The notes beneath the pieces were generated by a model. The model worked only from the letters and a program-made list of their open reading frames with translations. It made no database searches and was not told the origin of the DNA. From Lophium mytilinum (lineage: Eukaryota), in NCBI GenBank assembly GCA_010093605.1, contig MU004188.1, forward strand, positions 2,123,918-2,187,917: 64,000 nucleotides of DNA, given 5' to 3'. How positions within the stretch are numbered: position 1 is the first letter of the stretch; every line of letters begins with the position of its first letter. Both the position numbers and the translations under genes were made by a program. This document shows positions 11,409-24,207 of this stretch, piece after piece.

Positions 11409-13130
11409 CGTGGTTGAGGTAGAGGAAGGGAGATTCTTTGCAGATGTGGTTGGGGTTTTAGTGTTTGGATCTGGAGGAAATGGCAGGAAGTGGAAGGGTC
11501 TGGAAACGCTGTCAGTTATATTATATATAGTAAGGCACGCACAAACTGCGTGATAGTGAATGATCAGCTCGTGGTACACCGTGACATCTGTGCGCCACAA
11601 TCTCTTTGCCCTTTGGCCTGCAGGAGTATCCAATCCATTAGCTATATCTCCGCAACCAACGCTTCTCTCTAAATTCTGACGCGGTAGAAAGTTTCGCGCC
11701 GATCTTACCTTTTCCTGAGCCAGCGAATAGATCCGCAACCCCCGTTGTTGAATTTACACGAATTAATTTGTATTGCGATGTGATGTCGCTCTGTGCTCGA
11801 CACTTATCTGTGCCGAGACCGCCAAAAGAGGTAAGAAGCTCGGACCAAGAACGAGGGGCAGGGTGGAGGAGAGAGAACAGCTATCTAGGTCGTCATGGAG
11901 CAAACATCGATCTTTGCTCGCGTATTCTAGAACTTCTTAAGCCTCAGAATTGCTTCATCTTGTGCACGGACACAGAATTTATTGTTGCAATACTCAAAGT
12001 GTGTATACGAATCAAGTGTATACGAATGAACAAAATTTATAGTCTAGCAGTTGCGCATCCTAGCAACAGATACCAAACCTCCAGCGCTTTCGAGTTCCGT
12101 ACTGGTTCTCGTCAGGCCCATGAACCTTTGGACTTGAGACCGGTATGGCCACGTTTCTCAGATCTCAAGATCCCATACCCTCCTCGGTCACTTTCCCATT
12201 CGCCGAAGCTGTATCGCCAGTCTCCTGCGCGGCCTTCTCCTTCTCATCACCCCCGAGATCTACTTCTTCTGGTGCCACCTAAAGACACATAGGCGTTGTG
12301 GTCGGAGAATGTGATACTTTCGTGTATCGGCTATAGTTGGATCTGTATTTGCTGTGCCAGTTCCCGGTCACGCGCGTGCGGGAATCATGCGGCCTTAGAT
12401 GGAGCTCTTCGGGCGGAGGTTGGTCTTCAATTAGGTTAGGGAGGATAGCAGCGGGCCGCGTCGTTGCGAGCAAGGTCGACGGTGTTTCGTGTGTGATATC
12501 TGTATCCATCTATGATTTTGCACTGTTGGTGTTGTCAATGTCTCTGGCGTATTGCGGATGGAAAGCGGTTTCTACGGCTGCTTCCTTTGTGAACAAGCTG
12601 CTCGCTCGCCTTCGGAGAGCGCAGTGAATTTCCGAGTTTTATGGTGGTCATGGTCCAAGGTTATCGGGCAGACATGTGAACAGTTGAAGATGATCTTTAG
12701 GGGCATCTAAGTGGACTGCCTTGACGATGGCTTGGATGAAATGGAAGTAGAGACGATTGTTGCGGAGAGGTAAGGGGTGAGTGTTGACTGGGGATCACTT
12801 AGGGTATCAATAACGGCACCACAAAAGCACGGCGGCAAGACTAAGCTCCACATGGGAAGTTTTCGAAAATGCTTCAATCCGCATGAATACTGCCCCTGGC
12901 TACCGGTCAGAGCACTAAAGCACCTTACGCCATGCCAAAAGGTTTTATTCAAGAATCTATTCAAGACTACTGTGACAGTACCTCCCATTACCCATTTCAT
13001 CATCTCCATAGTTGATGACTGCTTCACTACACTGTCATACACAAACTCCCACAGCTCCCCCTGCCATTACCTCAAACTCAGAAACCCTTCCAAACCCCAA
13101 AGCATTTAACCCTTTTCCGCACTCTGTCAC

Positions 13131-14624
13131 TCACAAATCCTCTGAATCCTCATCCTCTTTGATATTCCGAACTCCCTTCGCAGCTGATTTCCGGATCTCC
13201 TTCAGCTCCTTCCAGTCATTCATCCTGCCACTGACACTCTTAACAGTGCGCTGGCGATCGGGAAATCGCTCATTGAACCTCCTCGTCAATGCCGGACCTA
13301 CCATGCCCGGATCATCGGTGACAAGCTTGAGGAGATAAGCACGCTCTATGTCAGTATATTTACCATCCGTCGCGTTAGGAGGCTTGACGCAGGCGCGGGC
13401 AGGGCGCTTAGGACGGGTTCCCTGGGCTTTGGCGTTTGGCTCGGGCGAGGAATCAGTTGGAGTGATTGCAGGAGTGGGATTTTGCACCACCGCGAGTCTC
13501 GAAGATCGCTGACGGGGAGCCGGCACGGCGACGGTCGGTGGGTCTTCTGTGGTGTTGGTGCTCATCCTCTTGCGCTTCTTGCTGTTGGTGGGCTTGGATG
13601 AGGATTCGATGGCGGGTGGGTCGGTGTCCTCTTTTTTGCCGCGCTTCTTGCTCTTGCCGGAGGTATGCGGAGCTTCTGTGGTTGGAGGTGCCGGAACGAC
13701 AGTATCGATCTGAGGAGTCGCCGCGGTTGAGAGTGCGGGAGAGACAATACTGGATTGTGGTGGCTCCACGGTCAGGCTCGCAACGTCAGAAGTGGGCTCT
13801 GGGGAATCTGTGCCTGGAACTGCTAGAGCGGTGGTCGCAGAAACGGATAGTGCAGCGAACGCGGCGGCAAAGTGAGTTCGCCAAGTAACTTGATCGAGCA
13901 CCCAGCCAACTTCTGCTTCGGAGCGGCAGGGGACTTCCTCTGAAACGAAGTCGGGAGGGTTGTGTATTCCCATCCTCTCGCCTGCGCAGTAGAAGTTGAA
14001 CGCTATGGTTATGTCGGAGTCGCTCCAGACATTCTGTGCCCAGAACTCGAAGACTCTGTTGGCCTCAGCCTGCGTGAAGGGCACGATTGGAATCAAGTGT
14101 TCCGAATTGTTGATTCCCACATCCAGGAGAGTAGTCGGCAGATCCCTAGGCATCGGGATGGGGATGGTCTTCAGAGAATTGTTTTGTCCTCCACTGCCCT
14201 CTTGGTTTTCGGATTCATTTTTTGCGTCAGACACTACCGGCCCAACACCCCATGTCATGACCTCGGACTCTGGAATGGTATCTTCGGGGCGTATTTGCTG
14301 CGCGAGAACTCCCGCTTCGGCTTGCTCTACAGGACCAACGTTGCCGGATCTAACAAATTTTTCGATGTTGGGAGCGATCCACGCGCCATAATCTTCTCCT
14401 ATTGCAGTCGGAGAAAAGCTAAACGGTTCTTCGGTACCCTGCATGTTTTGGGTCTCGATGGCAGGTTCCAGACTGGAATGGGTATCCTGTGGCTGTGGTG
14501 TTGTGCTGTCTGGGGAGTCGCGTGGTAGTGTTTTTCGGTGCGATGACGACGCGGAAGAAATCGAGGAAGAGCCGCGCATTTTAACCCCTAGGTCCGGGTC
14601 GAGAGAGTGAAGGGCGAGGTCCAT
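13131..14624 (-). CDS. Hypothetical 497-aa protein, mostly disordered, C-terminal Myb/SANT-like helical domain
   Basis: Long ORF; basic NLS-like patches (KSKKRGKK, KKRKR); C-terminal YTDIERAYLLKL..LTRRFNERFPDRQRTVKSVSGRM resembles a Myb-like three-helix unit. Confidence 0.6.
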   Translation of the reverse strand: MDLALHSLDPDLGVKMRGSSSISSASSSHRKTLPRDSPDSTTPQPQDTHSSLEPAIETQNMQGTEEPFSFSPTAIGEDYGAWIAPNIEKFVRSGNVGPVEQAEAGVLAQQIRPEDTIPESEVMTWGVGPVVSDAKNESENQEGSGGQNNSLKTIPIPMPRDLPTTLLDVGINNSEHLIPIVPFTQAEANRVFEFWAQNVWSDSDITIAFNFYCAGERMGIHNPPDFVSEEVPCRSEAEVGWVLDQVTWRTHFAAAFAALSVSATTALAVPGTDSPEPTSDVASLTVEPPQSSIVSPALSTAATPQIDTVVPAPPTTEAPHTSGKSKKRGKKEDTDPPAIESSSKPTNSKKRKRMSTNTTEDPPTVAVPAPRQRSSRLAVVQNPTPAITPTDSSPEPNAKAQGTRPKRPARACVKPPNATDGKYTDIERAYLLKLVTDDPGMVGPALTRRFNERFPDRQRTVKSVSGRMNDWKELKEIRKSAAKGVRNIKEDEDSEDL

Positions 14625-15782
14625 GATGTGAATGTATTCGAAGGTGGTGGATTATGGTCGAGTGGCAGATGTGTTTCCCGCGCGGAGTTTCGAGATTTAT
14701 CTCAATAGGAGCACAACAAACCTCACGTGATCAGTATAGTCAATCCTTCTTTGCACTCCTGGAAATCCACCACAACAAACGGCCGCCCATTCTCCACGTT
14801 CCGACGTAGGGTTTCTATCATCTGGAAATGATGCAAGAGATTGAAGCTCCGAAAGTCAAGTTACCTTTGGGTTGACCGATTCCACATAACAAGACAGAGT
14901 CGTCGTCGTGTGTGCTATATTCGATAATCATGATGAGGCTATGGAGGAGAAGAGGTCTGAGGGAAGGTAAGGCTATGTACAAGAGGTGACGTGCATTTGC
15001 AGTAAATCTCGGCGGTACTCTCTAACAACCGGCGGACTGTCAGCTGGGATGCTTCTGATAGCGGTGTTAAGTAAACAGAACTCAAAGCCATGCAACAGCA
15101 TTCCGTCCGACTATACCTCACTTCCCATACCAAGGCTTTGCTAACGCTTTGCGCTTTTCGTTTGTTACAGCGGGGAGAATCCTGTCCAGCTTCCTGATTT
15201 CTACCGGGGCGATGAAGCCCGAGGCTACGTAGATTAGCCCACCTCTGAGGTTGGTGATCATGTAGCATCAAGGGCCTCGCGGAAGGCGCTTGCAGGATCC
15301 TTGGTTACTACTTGGAACGCTTCGGTGGGCTGACAAACGTCCTTAAGCTGAGTGAGGTTTAACGCAGCGGAATGTGAGAGTAAGCTTTTTTTAGTCTCTA
15401 GGGCGTGTCTATAGGGTGTCGTGGGATATGAATTCCAGGAAGAGAGAGTTGAGATGAAAGGCTGTGGTTGGTTTTCGACGCGTGACGTCATGAAATAAGC
15501 GAGACGCGCTAAGTCTCGCGGTCACCTGATCTACCAGGCGAAATCTGTAACACGAGAGCAAGAACAGTGAATTGATTTTGTCCTAGATTGGTGGTATCGA
15601 ATTCCCTTTCCTGACCGAAAGAACGCAATCCATCTGGCTTTGTATTGCAGACCCGCTTAAATTGCCCATAGCGATTATCCACATCACACCGTAATTTCTT
15701 CCCCGTCTTCTCTCCGCAAGACCTTCGTCAACAACACCCACCATCAACGCGCATCAACCTCCCTACCCCACGCAGACCCTTC

Positions 15783-17171
15783 ATGCCTCTCCCGAAGTGG
15801 TCACAGTCACTGCGGAGTGATGACTCTCGCATCAGCTTCTTGGACTTAGCCCTCGAGCTTCGCGAGCAAATCTACGAAGCCATGCTCGTGGTACCTGTAA
15901 TCTACCCACCAACGGATGAATACCCCTGGGCACCTAAGCCAAACCTCAACATCCTCGCAGTGTGCCGTCAGACGCGCGCTGAAGCCAGCAAGGTGTTTGC
16001 CACCCGCAACATCTTTACCACAGGCGGTAAGCTCATAGGCTGCGCTGGGAAAGATCGGTTCGAAGCCGTTGTTGAGAATCTGGGGTACATTTCCGAAACC
16101 GTTCAAGCGCGATGGGTAGAAAATGTCGCGTTTCTAAAGTTTGTTGTGGATTTCAGATGGGTGGCTCCGTCGGCGAAGCTGACTCGTCCGTGGATCGGAA
16201 AAACCGGCACTTTCATCCAGGAGACCTTCCCGGCAATTAAAAAGGTCACATTTATCTTGTACTGCCCTAACCAAGCTTGGTTTTACGCCCTTGCCCCGAA
16301 GAAAACCGGTGGAGATTTCTACGACGACCTCTCTTCGGATGACTACTCTGATCTCTCGAACGAAGACCTAGTTGGCGACCCACACTGGCCCCAGTTCAGC
16401 TCCCAATACAACGGGTCCGAAAACTCTAGCTCAGACAATACAGAAGACCTGAACAGCTACATGGTTGGTATGGGTCGTCTTCTATTCGATGATGCGGAAG
16501 CGCCATGTGACCTTACGGACTCAGACAGCGAGGAGGACTCAGGCTCAGGCAGCGAGGAGGACTCAAGCTCAGCTAGTGAGGAGGACTCAAGTTCAGACAG
16601 CGAGGAGGGCTCAATCTCAGATCCAGAGGTTTCAAAGCCAGCTTCGAGCAGCGTGGAGGATACGACACTCATCGGAAAGGAATGGGACAACTCGACGTCA
16701 GGCTTGGGCGAGAACGTATGGGAGTCAGATCGTTCCAGCTCTACTTCTAGCTCAAGTTCTAGCTCAGAATCATCATCAGAATCGGACTCCGACTCGGACG
16801 CAGCGGCAATCAACCTCCTAGCTTACCAAATGCTGACCAGTGGCCTCGGAACCGCTTTCAGCGACCTGGACTCCGACTCGGACTCAGAGGAATTGGAAAT
16901 GCCAGTCATATACGGAGACGATGATCTCGACTTTGCCGACATACCGGTACCCAAAGAGCTCGACGACGATGCGAAGGCCGTCATTCACGAGGAGATTCTG
17001 AAACACTGGAAGACCGAGCTGGGTTTCGATATGGGTATCCCAACATGGGCAGAGTTTGAGTTTGTGCCCCGCTATATCAACGAAGGTCGGCACAGAGCAC
17101 CCCGTATCGTGGTAGATATGGCGGAGATCTGGAAGGAGGTGAAGGCAGATCGAGATGCTGCCGGTAAGTAA
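15783..17171 (+). CDS. Hypothetical 462-aa protein with N-terminal F-box-like motif and acidic Ser/Asp/Glu tract
   Basis: SFLDLALELREQIYEAML ... NILAVCRQTRAEA..F...N.F is typical of fungal F-box-like proteins; SEEDS repeats at ~16525-16610. Confidence 0.7.
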   Translation: MPLPKWSQSLRSDDSRISFLDLALELREQIYEAMLVVPVIYPPTDEYPWAPKPNLNILAVCRQTRAEASKVFATRNIFTTGGKLIGCAGKDRFEAVVENLGYISETVQARWVENVAFLKFVVDFRWVAPSAKLTRPWIGKTGTFIQETFPAIKKVTFILYCPNQAWFYALAPKKTGGDFYDDLSSDDYSDLSNEDLVGDPHWPQFSSQYNGSENSSSDNTEDLNSYMVGMGRLLFDDAEAPCDLTDSDSEEDSGSGSEEDSSSASEEDSSSDSEEGSISDPEVSKPASSSVEDTTLIGKEWDNSTSGLGENVWESDRSSSTSSSSSSSESSSESDSDSDAAAINLLAYQMLTSGLGTAFSDLDSDSDSEELEMPVIYGDDDLDFADIPVPKELDDDAKAVIHEEILKHWKTELGFDMGIPTWAEFEFVPRYINEGRHRAPRIVVDMAEIWKEVKADRDAAGK

Positions 17172-18616
17172 GTGATGCAGCGCTGCCTGAGGGTTTTGCA
17201 AAGATGCAGCTTTCTCTGGGCATTCTGCGGGGATAAAAGCTGCTGGAACCGCAGATAGGCTGAAGGGGCCAAGTTATTTCCGGTCTTAGATGTAAAATAC
17301 CAACTCGAAGGTGTCTTCAATACCTGGTGAAAAAGTGGAGTGTATCTTTTTGCATCTCTTACTACTCCCCTATCGTGTGCGAGGATATTAGACGCAACGC
17401 CTGCGATTCCACCCAAACCACTTGAAGGACTTGACCAAAAATAGATCGCTGAGGCTCAGGAAGGGTAGCCATTTCTAGGCTTTCGTCCAACAGCTATTAG
17501 TCGGAGCCTTGTTTTCTCTTATATCTACCTACCCCAATTTTTCGTCCCTGTATAATGTAAAATTCCACAGTCGCAATCACCGACTCCACGAATTACTCGC
17601 TGTGTTTTCATCGTTAAACCTCCCAAAAACGAGTATATATCAGGCACCTTCTTGGTATAATCTTTCCTGTAGTTGAAGACGCTGGATGATCTTTTTGTCA
17701 GATTGTCGATGCTTTCCTTTTCGCTCGCGAGTAATGGATTGCGGGATCCATGCGTAGGGATTGCAAATGCAGAGCAGATTTCATTGGAAGGCTGATTAGG
17801 CTATAATTGACGTCCTGAGTGCGGAGGATGGACAGGAGTTGGGCGGGATAGCAATTGTGCTACTCCTGTCTTCATGTATGAACTGTGAGCTTATAGCTCA
17901 AGTTTCGTTGTTACCTAGCCTTATAGTCTGATCTCCAGAAGCTAATGTGTTATCGATAGTGGGGCAATAGAGTGCTTTGTAGGGCGGCTCCCTGATCAAG
18001 AACCCGACCGAGACAGAATTCGGGTCGTGATAGGGCATTAGGCACCCGCATTGTGCATATCAATTGAAGGCGATGACCCGCCGAGGCTGTGTACATCATG
18101 CATGAGACTTTCTGCGTTGGCAAGGTGAGAGGAGATTTTCGGGTACGATGAGGTTCTAGCCCGCAACAGTTCGCCCAATCAGGTTCAATCATTCTTCAGC
18201 CTTGCTGCAGCTACCTCGGATTGGACTTTTGCCTGACTTTTCAGGATATGGCAGAACCTCAGCCTGGTGACTTACCCCTCCTTCGGCGATCATTGCTCCG
18301 AAGTGGTGTTATCGTCGATTCTCTATTGGTCGCCCTTTTAATGCCACAATGGGCAGCAATGCACTGAATCCAGGCCATCCATGCATGATGGGAAAGAAAG
18401 CGAGTTTCGGCACCTGAGGCTGTGTTTCTCATGCCTAGTTTCGGTGTGCGTTTCTGTATTATGGGCTCCGCCAAAGGCTCGTTACAAAAGCGCTTCCGAT
18501 GGGTTTTCGTGAGGCTGAACCACTAGAAATTCGTACCCAGGTGAGTCGTATATTTTCATTCGCGTGAAGATTTTACGGAGTTGATATTGGTTGCTACCCT
18601 CTACTTTTCGCCATCT

Positions 18617-20065
18617 CTATGACTCTGCGGGGAAAATTTCGCATGGCACGATACTGCGCTTCGAAGTCATGTCATGGCGGCCGTCCCCGATTCTCTGAAG
18701 TCCCGGAACGACTACGACATCAACCGTATAAACAGTCCCTTTGTTGTAATCGCCATCCTCGCAATCGTGATAGCTCTCTCCAATTTCCACCTTTTCTCCG
18801 ATCGCGGGGAGCAAAAGCTGCAATTGCGCAGTGTGCACCCCGAATTGTATGGCAATTTGACTAGTCACGTGGACCATTTCGTGAACTTGTTCTTCCACCT
18901 CTTTTCGCAGTCCATTACCGGATAACTTTGCTATTCCTAATAGAACGGCGTTTACGCGATCCGCAGCTATTTGGGTATTCTCGGCGCTGAATTGGGCGAG
19001 AAGGCTTTCTGAGTGCGAGAGGGTGCCATCAGCTGCCAGGGCCTCGTTGATAGTCTGAAAAGTCGCAGATCGCCAAGTGTTTGCAATCCTGTCGTTTCGA
19101 AGAAGTGCGAATATATCATCACTCGTAGCTATTTCAGTGTTAGGAAGTTGAGGTAATGAGGCAGGGGTTTCGGAAATGATCTTACCTTTTCGATTCTTCA
19201 TGTCAAATAACTCTCGCCAGGTGAAGTACACCTTCATGAGCTCTCCGGGTACCTTCTCCGGGCCAAAGACACCAAAGCCAAACGGGATAGAAAAGAATTG
19301 CTCCTGTAATATCTTCCATATTGCGCTTTTTAGGAGATAATGACCTTTCCCACTCCCCACGCGCGCGATGAAGTTCGTCGGATCAAGCCGAGACCCAACT
19401 GCACGACTATCTGGTATTCGAAATTCCTTGTTCCGGGGGGATGTGGTCGAGTCAATCAACTGACGTAACTCACTGAACTTATACTTCAGTTTGTCATCTG
19501 GCCAGGCGCCGTTATCATTCTGGCTGGTTAGGAGCTGACCCACGAGCCTTCTTTCTTGGTCCTCGTGGTACATCTTCCTTTCTTTCTCCTTCTGCTCGCA
19601 TTCTGATCTCAGTTGGGCCGCTTCTAGCTCGTGCTGGTCCTGTATACTCCTCACTGTTTGAATATGCTCTATATTCGTCAGAGCAATCATGTCCTCATAT
19701 CCAGCCTGCATTTTGCTACTCTCCAGACTCATCTGCTGAATGGTGGATTCCGCATGCTGCAGCTGCCCATCTCTTTCTTGGAGTTGAGCTTGCGTCTGTT
19801 GGAGTCTGTTTTTAAGCTCTTCAATCTGACTTAAGGAACTCCTGTATGCCCGCTCATAATCGTCTAGAGAATGCTCCACTACCCTTTTGTCGTTCAAGAC
19901 CTTCCGTCCCCAGTTGAAAACGCCGTTAAGGGTTTTGTCTCGCTGACCCAAAATCCCAGTTGGCGCGTCGACCTCCCGGAGAAAACCTTCGATGCGAGTC
20001 TCAAAAGCCTTACGGACAGAAGACGCCGTTTCTTCGGGCTTCTGTAGCTTGGAGAATAACGTCAT
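18617..20065 (-). CDS. Coiled-coil protein with possible GrpE-like C-terminal beta head
   Basis: Long ORF with heptad Q/E/L-rich N-half; probable in-frame 57-nt intron 19129-19185 (GTAAGA..CTAAC..TAG); C-terminus YHDCEDGDYNKGTVYTVDVVVVPGLQRIGDGRHDMTSKRSIVPCEI. The GrpE-like call is inference. Confidence 0.75.
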   Translation of the reverse strand: MTLFSKLQKPEETASSVRKAFETRIEGFLREVDAPTGILGQRDKTLNGVFNWGRKVLNDKRVVEHSLDDYERAYRSSLSQIEELKNRLQQTQAQLQERDGQLQHAESTIQQMSLESSKMQAGYEDMIALTNIEHIQTVRSIQDQHELEAAQLRSECEQKEKERKMYHEDQERRLVGQLLTSQNDNGAWPDDKLKYKFSELRQLIDSTTSPRNKEFRIPDSRAVGSRLDPTNFIARVGSGKGHYLLKSAIWKILQEQFFSIPFGFGVFGPEKVPGELMKVYFTWRELFDMKNRKGKIISETPASLPQLPNTEIATSDDIFALLRNDRIANTWRSATFQTINEALAADGTLSHSESLLAQFSAENTQIAADRVNAVLLGIAKLSGNGLRKEVEEQVHEMVHVTSQIAIQFGVHTAQLQLLLPAIGEKVEIGESYHDCEDGDYNKGTVYTVDVVVVPGLQRIGDGRHDMTSKRSIVPCEIFPAES

Positions 20066-20533
20066 TTTCGTTAAGGCGTATGGCGTCGTGACCTGGGGAC
20101 GAGATCGACCGAGACTGTTAGCCTAGCCGTAGCGAGACGCGTTCAAGAACATTTGAAGCGGTAACAATCAGAATTGAGGTCGTTGAAAAGACGCGAAGTT
20201 TTGCTGGGCCCACAGCTCTCCTCTGCGTTACAACAGACGTTGCGTAGCTTGCAACACGGGCGGAGTTATGTACACGGAAAAGATGACGATGCCTGCTGTG
20301 AGAGCTTTCTGTTTTTGCAGGTCGAAGTGGGAACGAGCGGCATTGCATTAATTGAACTTAAGCTGTCTATTCCTGTCCATTGCCGGGGTTAGGCTCCAGA
20401 CTGCGCCGCGTGGGATGCCCTGAGAGGCCGATGTCAGGCATCGATAAGCGCCAGCCAAAGCGGGGTCATTGCCTTCTTTCTCCCCTTTAGGCCGCACCGA
20501 CAAGGCTGAGGCTCTTACGCAGGATAGCCATAC

Positions 20534-20543
20534 GTCACGTGAC
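20534..20543. promoter_or_regulatory. GTCACGTGAC palindrome (bHLH/Cbf1-type E-box) in the divergent promoter
   Basis: Perfect 10-bp palindrome between the starts of the coiled-coil gene (20065) and the Hsp70-like gene (20618). Confidence 0.3.
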
Positions 20544-20617
20544 AGTCTACGGACCCCATGATGCCCCACGTTTTGTTAACATTGGGAATTTCAAAATCTC
20601 ATGGGCAACTCTTGATC

Positions 20618-22921
20618 ATGGCAACAGAGAACCAGGGACCGCGCCTCATCATCGGGCTAGACTACGGTACTACGTACACAGGTAAGGACTTCCTACTTCA
20701 AGTAACCGCCTTTTGTTGTATCTGATGTTGTTGCACCAGCACTGGCATATGTAAATACCAACGGAATCACGCCATTCACCCCTCGCGACATAATCGTGTA
20801 TACTAGCTGGCCGGGAGGAGAGGAAAGAAAGGTCCCGTCGACGATCTCATACTCGGAATGCTCCTGTGGCAACCGATGCAAACAGTGGGGACACAATATT
20901 GATGACGATTCTCTTCGTATGCAATGGACAAAGCTTGAGCTAGAGCCTCGATCAGTACAGAGCGAGCTCGAGGTCCTTCGCGACTTGACCAGGGGTCTTG
21001 ATCTTCCTATGAGACTTCAGCAACACCAAAGTGTATCTGCTCCGCGGCATTTGGCAAAAGATGCAGAAGACGTAGTCAGGGACTATCTTTCCAAAATAGC
21101 AAGACTGTGGTATCAAGATATCAAAGCGACGAGTACATTTGCTTTGGACCGTATTCCGGTGGACATGGTCGTTACGCATCCCGTTGTGAGCCCCCTATCA
21201 TCAACAAAGGTGTGATCGTGGTCTTATAGAGTTGAGCAGGGCTGGTCCTACGAGGCTATGAATAGAACGTTTCGCGCCATTACTAGCGCCTTTCGAAAGG
21301 GTATGTATAAGACTCTACGGCACATCTATTTTTCGACGGAACCCGAAGCGTGTGCTCTTAACACAGTTCAAGAACTTTTGGCGGCAGATCCGCATTCTCT
21401 AGTCGAGGTAACGTGAGCTTTTCCGGATACTATAATCTAATAGTAACAAGATCTTCGGTAGGGTGATTGTTTTGTGCTCTGTGATGCTGGCGGTGGGACT
21501 GTGGTAGGTCTCCTTGTACCATAGCCTTTTTCCACTTACTGACTGGTCTACGACTTGAAGGATCTAGCATCATACAAAATCGAACAGGTGAATCCGCTGA
21601 AACTTACGGCTTGCGGAGGAGTATCTGGTACTGTACACAGAGCCTTGAGTGTTCACCTTCTAAGGCGTTTCTAGGTATGAAGTGCGGTGCAACTCAAGTT
21701 GATCGAGCTTTCCTTCAGTGGGTGCAACAAAGGCTTCAAAACAGAATATCAGAAAGGGATGTGACGTTACCGGGGCCGCTGGTTCTCAATCCATTGGGAA
21801 TACTCCTCCTGCGCCGATTCGAAGCTATCAAACGTCAGTTTGATGGTAGGAAAACTACAGACATCAATCTCCCTAGGAACCTACCCGGAGGAGGTACAGT
21901 CAAGGTGATGGGCCAGGGGCAAACCGGAATTCAGGATGGTACGATTATGCTTACAGCGTAAGATTGCGTCATATTGACTCGTCTACTAAATCATTCTGAC
22001 TTGATGCAGAGATGATCTCAAAGCTTTTTTCGAACCAAGCGTGGAAGGAACAGTCAAGCTAATCAAGCAACAGGTCATGAAGATACAGCACCCTGCGGGT
22101 GGACACGCCCCTGACCAGGTTACTGTAAGATCAGACCGCGAATTCCCTTCCGCCCGCACAGCCCCGCAAACTAATAATGCGCTACCAGAATATATTCCTC
22201 GCAGGCGGATTTGCAGAGAGCCCATACCTTTTTGACGAAGTCGAACGAAGATACGCTAGCAAAGTCGATATCAAGGTATTCAGGGCCGAAGATTGGTCTG
22301 TATCTAGTTCCCACAAGACTTTTACGCGACCTAATCAATGCGATAGCTGGAGTGGCGTAGTGAAAGGTGCTGTACTGCGTGCTGGTAATCTTGGCATGCG
22401 ATTAAATGTCAAGGGCACGCAATGTCCTCGACACTACGGGATCTGCATATCGCGGAATCGAGACGACAGTCTTGATCGCATAACTTGGCTCGTTCGTAAA
22501 GGTGACTTGATCATCTCGGATACCGGTATCAAGGCTACCCTGGTCGGCCAGTGTAGAATCTCGAGCCTCGATCTCTTTCATGCGAGGCTCGCCCGGGTGG
22601 TGTTCGTAGCTACAGACATGACGAATCCTCCAGCAACCCTATCCAAACTTGATCAAGGTATATTACTTTCTCGGGTTACTCCACGAGCTTCTGACGGGTT
22701 CGGTGTGATCTTGCCGGACTATAGCGTCTAGGAGAAGCAAATGCTAATGTTTGAATGGTGAAACAGTAATCAACGAGGTTCACTATATGAACGTGGACGA
22801 CATACCGCCAGTATCGCCTCAGCAACGCTCCTTAGACGTCGAGATCCGAGTACTGCAAGATGTCAAGGTGCGGGTAAAGTGTGATACCCACACTGTAGCA
22901 TCCTGCAACACAACACTATGA
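20618..22921 (+). CDS. Atypical Hsp70-like (actin-like ATPase fold) protein, multi-exon
   Basis: Exons give IIGLDYGTTYTG, KVPSTISY, VVTHP, TEPEACA, FVLCDAGGGTV|DLASY, CGATQVDRAF, FLAGGFAESPYL, ITWLVRKGD. No canonical substrate-binding domain or EEVD tail is visible. Confidence 0.9.
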
Positions 22922-24207
22922 GCTTTTCTTGGCCATCCATGGAAGTATTCGAAGGGAATCTGGGTGACAAAAGTCGTTCGGCTTTGTTCTCGTCCTTGCT
23001 TGTGTACCAGAGGCGCGACGCTTTATCTTTGGCCAAGATTCGCTAGAATGAATCTAACACAGACACAAAACAAGGAGATCTGGATTGGCGTTATTTAGAC
23101 GCCAAAGTTGGAATTTTGTGAAGGGCTTGGGAGGGTTGTGCAATGGCTTGTCCGCACCTTTTCGCAAGGACGGATCAAGCGTCTGTCGATCAACAGCCAT
23201 GGATGGAGGGAGTACGGTATTGGGCAGAGATTATCCTTTTTCGCCTCTCGTGTTCCCATCTGAAAACCATAAGTTACAGGCTCATCAGATGAGAGAGGTG
23301 AAAGCGCGAACATAGCACCAAATCACGTGCTAGAACTAAACCCGTCCCACCTCGCTTCCGAGATCTCAATCACACGCGCAGGGCGATTCCGAGTGTTGCT
23401 ATGTTCTCAAAATTTACTGGCAGTGAATACGGGCTCGTATCGGATCGTAGAGTTCGCAAATCAGGCGAACCGTTCGAGGTGCATTAGGGCCTCGAGAAGA
23501 GGCAACGTACCCCGCGCCAATTCGGGCCGCAAGCCACAGAAATGACAACACAGCCTTGCAGGAAGCATTTCCGGGTCCAATATAGATGTTTAGTATATTC
23601 ATTTCGCCATTTCTATTTGGGTGGCTGCATCTCATCACGAAGCTTATGCATGAATCTCCGCCCACGCTTTCATTGGCTGCTTTCCAATCGCCGCCGGGCA
23701 AATGTCTGCAGACTCTATATTTTCCAGCCATCCAACATGCCCACCTGCCGCTATGGAAGTCTGGAATGTTTTCGACTGCTTTGACACTGCTCCTATTCTC
23801 CCGCTGTTCGTCACTACCAAGCGATGGGACTTGATCACTTTCCTGGCAATCTAGTCGTTATCCCAAGCTTCTAGCACGACTTACGCAGCTCTAATGAGAT
23901 TGGAGAGCGTACACCAACTCTACCATACACTTATATACTTGTTCAGACATCCTTCGTCGTATCTCGACTCCTACGTTCATGACTACTCCCCAATCAATCA
24001 CTACTAGTCCAGAACAGCTATAAAAGTATAGTCAGCAACTCCAACATCTATAATAAAGTCTCCCACGCTGAGCCTTGCAACTCTTGCTACCTTGTCCTCA
24101 TTCGGGGCGTTGGTAGCAATACGACGAGTCTCGCCCACTCTGACATCGCCGGCCTCACCCACAGCCTATCCTTCCTAACCTCCTTCTTCGATACCGCTTT
24201 GGTCGTC

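Noticed and set aside
11768..12720. Possible eleventh array-A unit or other gene
   Set aside because: No FRAxxLQ or MYND motif found on the minus strand; ORFs are short and unrecognisable.
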